A stretch of 64,000 nucleotides of DNA from an uncultured Candidatus Saccharimonas sp. (GCA_964407205.1 CAYOUQ010000001.1:29425-93424); one strand, 5' to 3'; counted from the first letter of the stretch, positions 26,830 through 35,569 are shown. Numbers and translations: made by a program. The notes: a model not told the origin generated them from the sequence alone.

Positions 26830-28098
26830 TTATTGTAACATTTTTTCAGCCCAATCTTGAGCTGGGTATGTTTTCGTATAGTCGAAATCCGAGCCTGGCA
26901 CCTCAAATAGCAGTTTGTCAAAGCCTTTTTTCACTGCTTGATGGTACGCCCATCGCAGCTCATCGACCTGCCCAACACACTCAAAAGGCTTTCTAACACC
27001 GTCAATGCCCAGCAAACCTTTGAATGTAAATTCTAAAGCCGGCTCTTGAAATAAGCTTTTTCCACCAAATATTTTACTTAACTTATCAACCGGCACAAAT
27101 GGCGCGAACAGCAAATACGAGTTTGCGCACTTCGGGCATTCGCTACACCACAACAGTTTGCGGTTATTCGCTCCTTGCAGATAATTACTGACGTTGCACG
27201 AGCTAAATTCGCTGCCAAATTTTTCCCAACAGTTTTTATAAAATAATTCCGCAACCCTTAACTCGCTTAGGCTTCTGATTATCGATCCAACTTGTATGCC
27301 TGGCGAGATGTATCTTTTTACATATTCCGAGAAGTCTTGTTCAGCTACCCACGTTTTTGACCATTGATGAGTTACTTTTAAATCTCCAATCTTTGTGTGA
27401 GGCTCCTCACCTTCGTGCGCGATTGAAGTGATAACTTGGGTTTTGCCAAGTAGTATTGCCTGCACAACCGCCAAACTTTGAAGGATATATGTAATCGGTA
27501 CATGACCATTTTTTGCACCTTCGCTTGCAGCCTTTTGTAAGTTTTCGATATCGATTTTTCGCACACAAATACGTGGCACGTTACCTAATTTATCTAATAA
27601 ATCAGGGTAGATTTCGCTACTTGATACATACCAAGGAATAAAATTAAATCCTTTTTTTGTCAGTAGTGTTGCGGTCAGCAGCGAATCCTTCCCCCCACTT
27701 TGCAAAACCAACATACCGTTCCCTTTATAATCAACTGCCTTCTCTGGGATAGGACTGGTCGCCTTAAAGTTGACTAAATCTTCTCGTTTTAATTCGTTTT
27801 CGAAAGCGAATTGACCCAGGCCCTCTTGATATACTCTGTTAAAAAACTTTGCTTGCCACCCATCGATTGGATATTCCATTTCAACATTAGTTGTCGGGAA
27901 AGCTTTATAATACGAGGTGCCTATCAAAATAAATGCCAAAAATAGTGCTCGCCTCATTAACTCAGTATCGCACTGGTTGCTATCATCGAAGAACTTCACC
28001 TGCTCGACAAATCGATAGCCATTATCAAATGCATAGTGAAACTTGGCGGTAGAATCCTTATAGTTAAATTCGTAATTCTTAAAAATAAACTTCGTCAT
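26830..28098 (-). CDS. PP-loop ATP-pyrophosphatase-like protein, candidate MurL (UDP-MurNAc-L-Ala-L-Glu epimerase)
   Basis: 422 aa with a PP-loop (LQSGGKDSLL) and a Cys cluster (WCSECPKCANSY). 4-nt overlap with murD. The MurL call rests on context plus the adenylating fold and is not verified. Confidence 0.45.
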   Translation of the reverse strand: MTKFIFKNYEFNYKDSTAKFHYAFDNGYRFVEQVKFFDDSNQCDTELMRRALFLAFILIGTSYYKAFPTTNVEMEYPIDGWQAKFFNRVYQEGLGQFAFENELKREDLVNFKATSPIPEKAVDYKGNGMLVLQSGGKDSLLTATLLTKKGFNFIPWYVSSSEIYPDLLDKLGNVPRICVRKIDIENLQKAASEGAKNGHVPITYILQSLAVVQAILLGKTQVITSIAHEGEEPHTKIGDLKVTHQWSKTWVAEQDFSEYVKRYISPGIQVGSIIRSLSELRVAELFYKNCWEKFGSEFSSCNVSNYLQGANNRKLLWCSECPKCANSYLLFAPFVPVDKLSKIFGGKSLFQEPALEFTFKGLLGIDGVRKPFECVGQVDELRWAYHQAVKKGFDKLLFEVPGSDFDYTKTYPAQDWAEKMLQ

Positions 28099-29393
28099 AA
28101 CTTATTTACCTCGGCTTTAAACTGGTCGCCACGATCATAAAAATCCTTGAACATGTCAAAACTGCCACAGCCAGGGCTTAATATGACCACATCACCCGGT
28201 TTCGCAAATGAGTTGGCCAAATAAAATATCTCTGACATCGTTTTCGCATCGGTCACCTGAATATCCGCTTTTGGGTTATATGAGCGTATTACATCGGCCA
28301 ATTTCGTTCTGATTTCACCAATAATTATTACTGCCTTTATGTTTACACTTGTGCTAATTAATTCTGCAATATGGCTGAAATCACCACCTCTGTCAACCCC
28401 ACCTAAAATAAGTATTTCTGGTGACGTAAAAGACTTAATAGCTGCAACAGCCGCCGGAGTAGAGCTGCTAAAGCTATCGTTATAATACTTAACGCCTTTA
28501 ACTTCTCGGACAAACTCTATCCTGTGTGGTAAACCTTTAAATTGCCGTAAGGCATTTTCTATTTGTTGATTATCAATATTATAATATTTTGCAACAGATA
28601 TGGCTGCGCAGGCATTATCGACATTATGAGGGCCTACTAGTTGTAGCGCTTGCACCGAACAAATATTTTGTTCGTTTATATAGAAATTGCCGTTTTTGAC
28701 ATAAACACCGCCGTCATCTTGTATACCAAATCGGACCTTTTTACCCTTGTTAGAAGCTTCTGCGACCTGTTTGGCATATTCATTATTTGGGTGAAAAAAG
28801 CATATATCTTCATCTGTTTGAAATTTACGTATATTTACTTTGGCCTGAATATAATCACCAAAGTCCGGATGCACATCTAAATGCTCGGGCTCGATTAGGT
28901 TTACAACTGCTACATGCGGTGACTTCTCAATATCCCATAATTGAAAACTCGCTAACTCGTACACAACAATATCTTCAGGTTTAACATCATGCAGTTGCTC
29001 CAATAACACCGATCCAATATTGCCAGTTAACCAGACTTTTTTACCAGCAGACTCAAGAATACAGGCAATCAAGCTTGCAATCGTCCCCTTACCTTTTGTA
29101 CCAGTAACGCCAATAATTGGCGCTGGGCACTTTAAAAAAACCTCATTTGCAGTTGTCCAAACCTTAGCTTTTGTTTTAAACAAATACTTATTTACTGCTG
29201 GCGTACGCAATATTAAGTCATATTCGTCTAAATTTGAAAGATAATCGTCTCCTATAATCAGTTTCACACCGTTCGGGACGGGCTTTTTGGGTTGTTTTTG
29301 GTCAGCAATTGTAATCTGATTATTTGGGTCTTTTGACCAATAACGATAACTCGCCTCACCCTCGATGCCATAACCTGCAATTAATATGTTCAT
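28095..29393 (-). CDS. murD: UDP-N-acetylmuramoyl-L-alanine--glutamate ligase (MurD or MurD2 type)
   Basis: Mur ligase P-loop (GVTGTKGKGT) and the C-terminal LSPGCGSFDMFKDFYDRG motif typical of MurD. Confidence 0.88.
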   Translation of the reverse strand: MNILIAGYGIEGEASYRYWSKDPNNQITIADQKQPKKPVPNGVKLIIGDDYLSNLDEYDLILRTPAVNKYLFKTKAKVWTTANEVFLKCPAPIIGVTGTKGKGTIASLIACILESAGKKVWLTGNIGSVLLEQLHDVKPEDIVVYELASFQLWDIEKSPHVAVVNLIEPEHLDVHPDFGDYIQAKVNIRKFQTDEDICFFHPNNEYAKQVAEASNKGKKVRFGIQDDGGVYVKNGNFYINEQNICSVQALQLVGPHNVDNACAAISVAKYYNIDNQQIENALRQFKGLPHRIEFVREVKGVKYYNDSFSSSTPAAVAAIKSFTSPEILILGGVDRGGDFSHIAELISTSVNIKAVIIIGEIRTKLADVIRSYNPKADIQVTDAKTMSEIFYLANSFAKPGDVVILSPGCGSFDMFKDFYDRGDQFKAEVNKL

Positions 29394-29403
29394 GCTTTAC
29401 ATT

Positions 29404-30693
29404 CTAGCGCTGTTCGAACAAAACTGCTACCTTATCGCTTAATTTCAATATTTCTTGTTTATCTCCACTGCTGACGGCAGATACTACCCAGAAGTCATTT
29501 TCAAAAAAGCTGCGAGCGGTGTCGATAATTCGTTCTACAGTTACGTTCTTTATCTCATCAGGCACTTTTTCATAGTTTTTTATGAACCCATCATAATAGT
29601 ACCTGGATGAATAAAACCCACTAATCTGTGATACTGTTTGTGCCCCCATTTGATGTCGCCCCAAGGCATATGACTTTGCAGCAGCTATCTCTTTTTGACT
29701 GATTTTTCCGGCCATAACTTTTTTAAGTTCTCCGACAATCAGGTTAAATAATTTTTCAGCATCTTCGTGATTAACATCACACGTAATGTCCCAGCTACTG
29801 TTATACATTCCGGCACCAGCATAAGAGTTAACACTATAAGCCAACCCTTTACTGCGGGCCTTGCCGAAGATTCTAGAATACATTGTACCGGTAAGGATGT
29901 GGTTCAAACAACTCATCGCATCTAATTCTTCGTCACTCAATGACCTTGGTTGCGCCACAAATATCCCAATTGCCAGGTTAGTTGCGTCTTTGCGCCTAAT
30001 CACAAAAGGAGCTGGTTTGACCAAATCGTCTTTTGGCAATTCAAACCTTTCACCTTTCGGCAGATCAAATGCCTCAATTTGCCTTTTAATCTCGGCTTTG
30101 CGCCCCTTAAGCTTTCCTGCAATCACGAACCGCATATTTCTAGTAGTATGTGTACGTCGATGGTGCTCTTTTATATCATCCAGCGTGATATTGGCTATCG
30201 TCCCCAGTGATTGACGATAAGTTAATGTATCTTCACCCATTGCCTGTTGAACCCTGGGATAAAGAATCCTTTGGTGGTCGTTTAGATAGTTCGTTAACTC
30301 ACTGCGGACATTACCTTTTTCGGCTGCTAATTCGCTTTCTTCAAGCCTTGGTTGGCAAATGGCCAATCTTTGTAACTCCAAAATCCGGCTCCATTCAAAA
30401 TCAGCACAGTATGCCTCATAAAACATCGATACGTCACTAGTATAGGCGTTACGATCTGCTCCATTTTTTGTAAACTCAAACTCAAACTGAGAAGCGGATT
30501 TGTAACGAGCATTTGCACCCGAAGCGACCATATGCTCCATGATATGCGCAACCTGTTCAATATCTTTTGACTTCGCATAACGATTACCGGCACGAAAGTG
30601 AAACTCCATGCTCATCGTGGTAGCTCCAGGCACATCAATTAATAGCCCACTTGCCCCATTTTTTAACCTTACCTCTTGGACAGTGTGCTTCAT
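29404..30693 (-). CDS. M16 (pitrilysin/insulinase) family zinc peptidase
   Basis: Inverted zinc motif HxxEH (HIMEH). 429 aa with a two-domain M16 layout. Confidence 0.8.
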   Translation of the reverse strand: MKHTVQEVRLKNGASGLLIDVPGATTMSMEFHFRAGNRYAKSKDIEQVAHIMEHMVASGANARYKSASQFEFEFTKNGADRNAYTSDVSMFYEAYCADFEWSRILELQRLAICQPRLEESELAAEKGNVRSELTNYLNDHQRILYPRVQQAMGEDTLTYRQSLGTIANITLDDIKEHHRRTHTTRNMRFVIAGKLKGRKAEIKRQIEAFDLPKGERFELPKDDLVKPAPFVIRRKDATNLAIGIFVAQPRSLSDEELDAMSCLNHILTGTMYSRIFGKARSKGLAYSVNSYAGAGMYNSSWDITCDVNHEDAEKLFNLIVGELKKVMAGKISQKEIAAAKSYALGRHQMGAQTVSQISGFYSSRYYYDGFIKNYEKVPDEIKNVTVERIIDTARSFFENDFWVVSAVSSGDKQEILKLSDKVAVLFEQR

Positions 30694-33323
30694 TATCGTC
30701 GATTCTTCTTGCGATTTTGTCGCTGTGCTTTCTTTTTCTTGCGAGCCACGTTTTTTCTATGGTTCGAGCTCTCAATTGGGTTCTGCTTTTTTGTTGAAAA
30801 ATCTGCGTCACGATTCTTCTCTCCACCAGTAACCTCGTTGACGCCTTTCTCAACCGCGTTTTCAGCTAATCTCGTTAGTTCCGTGTCATGTTCCTCTTCT
30901 TCCCTTGTAATAATATCCGATTTGTGAACATGCATTATCGCTCGAGTAACTTCTTCGCGTAATGTTGCCTGTAGGCTATCAAATAGTTTTTGAGATTCGC
31001 TGCGGTATTCAACTAGCGGATCGCGTTGTCCAATACTTCGCCAATGAATACCCTCACGCAAGTGCTGCATATTCTCGAGGTGCTGCATCCATAGTGTGTC
31101 TAAAACCTGTAAATAGACCTCGCGTTCAATTTTGCGGGTTATATCTGTCGTCAGCTCTTTTTCTTTAGATTCATACAGTCTGGCCACTTCCTTTTTTGCC
31201 AACTCCAAACGTTTTTTGTCATTTTTTTCTGCACCAATCTTGTCAATTAGATTACTGGCTAATGGAAATACGACGCCAAATTCATCTAAAAATTTAGGGT
31301 TATTCTTGGCCGGCAAAACAGTCAGGTCTTGGACCATTAGATTCATTAGACGTTCAATCTCTGGTTTAATATCCAAGCCTTCTAATATTTTGCGGCGCAT
31401 AGTATAAACTACTCGTCGATGTCGATTAATCACGTTGTCATATTGGACTACATTTTTGCGAGTATCAAAGTTAAATCCCTCCACTCGCTTTTGGGCTGAT
31501 TCAAGAGTTTTTGATACAGCGCGGTTTTGAATCGGTGTATCCTCATCTATCCCCAGTCGGCTCATCAAACTGGCTATTCTATCACCCTGGAAAATACGCA
31601 TCAGGTCATCCTCGGTCGATACATAAAATTGCGTTTCGCCTGGGTCGCCTTGACGGCCACAACGACCACGCAACTGATTGTCGATTCGGCGTGATTCATG
31701 ACGTTCGGACCCGATTACAACTAATCCGCCCAATTCAACTACACCTTTTGCCAGCTTGATATCCGTGCCTCGACCAGCCATGTTTGTAGCTAAAGTCACC
31801 GCACCTTTTTCACCAGCCTTTTCGATAATCGCCGCCTCTCGTTCGTTGTTCTTGGCGTTCAGTAGTTCGTATGGCACACCAGCTTTATCCAGCCAACTTG
31901 CGATTAACTCGTTTTTGGTAATTGAGGCCGATCCAATTAATACTGGGCGGCCTTTTTTGTGGTATTCGGCTACTTTTTTTGTCAAAGCCTTCAGTTTGCC
32001 TTTTTCAGTCTTGAAAATCAAGTCGTCTTTGTCATCTCGTATTAATGGTTTATTTGACGGCACCTGGATAACGTCTAGACTATAAATTTGCTGGAACTCC
32101 TCGGCCTCAGTAAATGCCGTGCCTGTCATACCTGAAAGTTTTTTATACAGCCTAAAATAGTTCTGGAATGAAATTGTTGCCAACGTCATACTTTCTTGCA
32201 AGACTGGAACGCCTTCTTTGGCTTCAATCGCCTGATGCAGACCTTCGTTATAACGACGGCCTTGCATCAATCGTCCCGTAAATTCATCGACAATAATTAC
32301 TTCGCCCTCGTTAGTCACAACGTAATCTTTATCACGCTTGAATAATGTCTGGGCACGCAAAGCTTGGTCCATGTGATAAACCGAACGAATATAATCTGGG
32401 CTATACAGATTCTTAATGCCCAACATTTTTTGAACTTTTTCGGTACCAACATCGGTCAATGCTACTGTACGATGCTTCTCGTCCATATCGTAATCTCCGG
32501 GCTCTAATTTTGCGGCAATTTTTGCAAATTGATAATAACTGTCTGGATTTTCCGCAGCAGGTGCACTGATAATTAGTGGCGTCCTGGCTTCATCAATCAA
32601 GATACTGTCAACCTCATCAACGATCGCAAAATTCAAATCACGTTGACGTAACATATCAACCTCATTCACCATATTGTCACGTAAGTAATCGAAGCCAAAC
32701 TCGTTGTTTGTACCATATGTCACGTCGGCTGCATAAGCTTCCTTGCGTGTGCATGGCCGCAGATGCATCAGACGCTCGTCATCATGTCGGCTTTCATTTG
32801 TAAAGGATGGATCGTATAGGAATGATGCCTCATTAATAATTACACCGACCGAAAGACCCAAAAAATTGTAAACTTCACCCATCCAGCCAGCATCACGTTG
32901 AGCTAGATAATCGTTTACCGTTACGACATGGACACCCTTGCCCTCTAGAGCATTTAAATATACAGGCAGCGTTGCAACTAATGTTTTTCCCTCACCTGTT
33001 TTCATCTCAGCAACATTGCCTTCATGTAGAGCCATACCACCAATCAGCTGTACATCAAAGTGACGCATACCTAATACTCTGTCGCTTGCTTCGCGTACTA
33101 ATGCAAATGCGTCTGGTAGAATACTATCAAGCGTTGAACCTTTTTTCGCTAGTTTTTTCTTAAATATTTCTGTTTGTTTTTTTAATTCAGTTTTTGACAT
33201 TGCCTTGTACTTATCAGTCAAAGCATTTATCGACGCAACCTTCTTTTGCAGCCCCTTCAATAAACGAACCTGTGGGTCACCAAATATCTTGGTCAGAACA
33301 TTATTCTTACTCACCATAATCAA
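30693..33323 (-). CDS. secA: Preprotein translocase ATPase SecA
   Basis: 876 aa with MKTGEGKT (Walker A), DEVDSILIDEARTPLIIS and TNMAGRGTDI motifs. The lysine/arginine-rich C-tail has no zinc finger. Confidence 0.95.
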   Translation of the reverse strand: MIMVSKNNVLTKIFGDPQVRLLKGLQKKVASINALTDKYKAMSKTELKKQTEIFKKKLAKKGSTLDSILPDAFALVREASDRVLGMRHFDVQLIGGMALHEGNVAEMKTGEGKTLVATLPVYLNALEGKGVHVVTVNDYLAQRDAGWMGEVYNFLGLSVGVIINEASFLYDPSFTNESRHDDERLMHLRPCTRKEAYAADVTYGTNNEFGFDYLRDNMVNEVDMLRQRDLNFAIVDEVDSILIDEARTPLIISAPAAENPDSYYQFAKIAAKLEPGDYDMDEKHRTVALTDVGTEKVQKMLGIKNLYSPDYIRSVYHMDQALRAQTLFKRDKDYVVTNEGEVIIVDEFTGRLMQGRRYNEGLHQAIEAKEGVPVLQESMTLATISFQNYFRLYKKLSGMTGTAFTEAEEFQQIYSLDVIQVPSNKPLIRDDKDDLIFKTEKGKLKALTKKVAEYHKKGRPVLIGSASITKNELIASWLDKAGVPYELLNAKNNEREAAIIEKAGEKGAVTLATNMAGRGTDIKLAKGVVELGGLVVIGSERHESRRIDNQLRGRCGRQGDPGETQFYVSTEDDLMRIFQGDRIASLMSRLGIDEDTPIQNRAVSKTLESAQKRVEGFNFDTRKNVVQYDNVINRHRRVVYTMRRKILEGLDIKPEIERLMNLMVQDLTVLPAKNNPKFLDEFGVVFPLASNLIDKIGAEKNDKKRLELAKKEVARLYESKEKELTTDITRKIEREVYLQVLDTLWMQHLENMQHLREGIHWRSIGQRDPLVEYRSESQKLFDSLQATLREEVTRAIMHVHKSDIITREEEEHDTELTRLAENAVEKGVNEVTGGEKNRDADFSTKKQNPIESSNHRKNVARKKKKAQRQNRKKNRR

Positions 33324-33418
33324 CCCTCGCTACTCCTATCAAATCACTAGAAAATACTGTGACCTATTATAATAGCAAAGAGGTAAATGAACAAGGGGTG
33401 AAATTTGGCGTGGGACCG

Positions 33419-33787
33419 CTATTTACGCCTTAATCCGCGTTTAATCCTATTTAATATGCGTCGACTGCCAATATGTGGAACGACCGATTGTTTATACTCG
33501 CGAAGCTGGGCCATAATTTTACGTTCAATAATATCAATCGCAGCAAACATATTACCAGTCGTATCTTTGGCGGTAATAGCCTTGTTTGGGACGTTTAGTT
33601 TTATTTCGGCCTGATATTTGTTCCCATGAGCATGATTAACCTGTTCAAGTATGACTTCTGCTGATACGGTTTTTCTGGCATGTTTAGGTAAATACCTATC
33701 CAGCCTACCGACCTTTCTGGTCACATATTTATGAGTGTTTTCGTCGATTTCGTAGGCGATTCCAGTAACCTGAATCTGTGTTATCAT
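33419..33787 (-). CDS. hpf: Ribosome hibernation promoting factor / RaiA family (short form)
   Basis: 122-aa beta-alpha-beta-beta-beta-alpha-type sequence (ITQIQVTGIAYEIDENTHKYVTRKVGRLDRYL...MFAAIDIIERK). Conserved position upstream of secA. Confidence 0.8.
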   Translation of the reverse strand: MITQIQVTGIAYEIDENTHKYVTRKVGRLDRYLPKHARKTVSAEVILEQVNHAHGNKYQAEIKLNVPNKAITAKDTTGNMFAAIDIIERKIMAQLREYKQSVVPHIGSRRILNRIKRGLRRK

Positions 33788-33849
33788 TTGTCCTCCTGGT
33801 TAGTTGGTACATCTTAATTATAGCAAATTCTAGTTTGTCCAAGAATAAA

Positions 33850-33881
33850 AAACATTAATAAAGGGCAGCAAGTGCTGCCCC
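33850..33881 (-). terminator. Terminator after the 207-aa orphan gene
   Basis: On the minus strand: GGGCAGC-acuu-GCUGCCC followed by UUUAUUAAUGUUUUUU. Confidence 0.65.
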
Positions 33882-33894
33882 ATGTTGGTATATG

Positions 33895-34518
33895 CTAGTC
33901 TATGCCGTGGCCGGATCTACCGAGAAGATAGTTCGCAATAATAATCGAGTTATACATGGACATCTGCGGTACTTTCAGTTGAAAAAACATATCCTTATTA
34001 ATCATTTGAGATATTGCGTTTTTAACGACACAAACGTCTTTACACATGAGTGCCCTTCCAATTGCACTTTCGCGCCTGACAATAGGCGCTGTTTTCAAAG
34101 CAAGTATAATCTCCATGGCCCGTTTTTCGATAGGAATTTGGCTAAAAACTGCATAAACGAAATATTTTGGTGTTCCAGTCAGTTTGGTAATACGATTCCA
34201 GGATTCGTTAAAATGGTTTTTCGAAAGAACAATTTCTTTCAGTGGTATGATATGCATTTCAACAGAGCTGGTCGCCTGATTAAAACAAATTTTTGCAGCG
34301 AATTGGTTAATAATACGATATTCAACCGTAACATCTGGTTTAGAGAATTGAAATGGAAAAGCCTTCCTTATGTATTCGGAGTCAACATTGTTTAATTTGA
34401 AATCTCCAAATTTTTTTCGAAGCGCTTGCGTGACCTTTTCATTGATTACCAAATGTTCTTTTACCCACTTTTCATCACACTCAGGCTGGACAGATACTAT
34501 ATTGCTCATATTTTTCAC
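33895..34518 (-). CDS. Orphan hypothetical protein (207 aa)
   Basis: Minus-strand ORF with SD GGGGGTG 7 nt upstream of the ATG and a hairpin terminator downstream. The competing plus-strand 167-aa ORF is Cys/Phe/Asn-rich, like antisense noise. No family recognised. Confidence 0.6.
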   Translation of the reverse strand: MKNMSNIVSVQPECDEKWVKEHLVINEKVTQALRKKFGDFKLNNVDSEYIRKAFPFQFSKPDVTVEYRIINQFAAKICFNQATSSVEMHIIPLKEIVLSKNHFNESWNRITKLTGTPKYFVYAVFSQIPIEKRAMEIILALKTAPIVRRESAIGRALMCKDVCVVKNAISQMINKDMFFQLKVPQMSMYNSIIIANYLLGRSGHGID

Positions 34519-34575
34519 CCCCTACACTTTACGTTCCTCCGCCCTATGAGCCAAGCGGCATAAAGTTAATATTGG

Positions 34576-34625
34576 TATTACTACCAGCTCTACCGATATA
34601 TCTATCGACAGAACTGGTAGTAATA
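34576..34625. repeat. Strong hairpin (12-bp outer stem plus 5-bp inner stem) in the leader of the 207-aa gene
   Basis: TATTACTACCAG (34576-34587) pairs with CTGGTAGTAATA (34614-34625). The inner stem is CGATA/TATCG. Confidence 0.7.
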
Positions 34626-34723
34626 TTTTTAACACGGCCAAATTGTTAATGTACGACATTGCACATCAATAGCCCCACCTGCTAATAGAGTAATATTATC
34701 ACCTTCTTTAAAAAAATCAATCA

Positions 34724-34750
34724 AATAAAAAAGCCCGTTTCGTGGGCTAG
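34724..34750 (-). terminator. Probable terminator after the DUF1874 gene
   Basis: On the minus strand: AGCCC-acgaaac-GGGCU followed by UUUUUUAUUU. Confidence 0.5.
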
Positions 34751-34849
34751 ACGGTTTTTATATCGCAAAAACTGCGGCTCAATTCTATCTGTAGAGCGAC
34801 AGGTTCGGTACTAAATTTTTTTCCTAGGTCGATAGCTAGACCACCGAGT

Positions 34850-35193
34850 CTACGCAGACAAATCGTCAATATTGACGATTCGAACGCGCCAGAACTCGAT
34901 CTTTGCCCCCTCGGGCAGTTCGGTTGCGCCTTCAGGCAGACGCGGCCCCGAATATTGGGCTACGTACAACTCGTCACCTTCGTCTAAAACGAGCGTCTGC
35001 CTGTTGATTGCGACTTCTCTGCCAAGGACGCGGGACACGACACGCGCCGTGTCGCTGTGACCGATAATGCTGATGCAGTCTTCGGGCACTGATTCGGGGA
35101 TTATCCGACGCATAGTGATACGTCTGTCAGGCGAAGGTCCATACCCTCCTCCAGCATGTTGATCGAAAACGCGTTTCCCAGATACTTTGACAT
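34850..35193 (-). pseudogene. DUF1874 (AcrIII-1/Crn2, STIV B116/YddF-like) cyclic tetra-adenylate ring nuclease gene, split by a frameshift near 35104-35115
   Basis: The ATG at 35193 (SD GGAGGTG) gives MSKYLGNAFSINMLEEGMDLRLTDVSLCVG, ending at the TAA at 35103-35101. A second frame from 35113 gives RRIIPESVPEDCISIIGHSDTARVVSRVLG...GPRLPEGATELPEGAKIEFWRV. Together these carry the DUF1874 hallmarks NAFSxNML, GHxxTA and RxxEG. Confidence 0.75.
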
Positions 35194-35347
35194 ATTATTC
35201 ACCTCCTATGGGCAATCGCCATATGTCACAGCGGTATCGGCTGAGGTTTTACCTCTTTTGGCCAACCAATTTATTTTGGTTTCGGTTTTATCCGAAGATA
35301 CTAGATTTTTTCGGTGTCTTACCACTCAAACTGATAATTTCTCATTA

Positions 35348-35534
35348 AAATGGTTCGCTTGACGCACGAACCTTGAGAGTGGTTAAACTCAGCGGCCCTA
35401 CTCTTACGGACTTAGGGGCTTTTCCGGCGGCCGGTGGGTGTTTAGAGTGGAGTCGGTTTTCCTATCTCGGTTTTACGGTGAACAAAATCACTCAACGCTA
35501 ACTCCGGTTTATATGATCGCCCGTGCAGCCAGCA
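35348..35534 (-). ncRNA. Candidate structured sRNA or 5' leader domain (family unknown)
   Basis: It starts about 7 nt after the 35541-35569 promoter and is G+C-rich, with stops in all frames. It ends in the hairpin GGUUCG-ugcgucaag-CGAACC (35372-35352) followed by AUUUUAAU. Confidence 0.3.
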
Positions 35535-35540
35535 CTGATA

Positions 35541-35569
35541 ATTATCACATCTAGTTCTGAATACGTCAA
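35541..35569 (-). promoter_or_regulatory. Sigma-70-type promoter driving the long leader or sRNA upstream of the DUF1874 gene
   Basis: On the minus strand: TTGACG (35569-35564), a 17-nt spacer, then GATAAT (35546-35541). Confidence 0.55.

Noticed and set aside
33892-34395. 167-aa plus-strand ORF antisense to the 207-aa gene
   Set aside because: It has the Cys/Phe/Asn/Arg-rich composition typical of antisense frames. It has no SD. The minus-strand ORF is longer and has an SD and a downstream terminator.
35194-35540. Tested whether the long non-coding stretch is tmRNA, RNase P RNA, SRP RNA, 6S RNA or a tRNA
   Set aside because: There is no GGGG...UCCACCA tRNA-like end or T-arm (tmRNA, tRNA). 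There is no GAGGAAAGUCCGG P4 strand or ACAGAAxCCGGCUUA (RNase P); only loose GGUAAGA and GGUAAAAC similarities exist. There is no SRP domain IV GGAA-loop motif. The ends are not complementary as they would be in 6S RNA. The family stays unknown.
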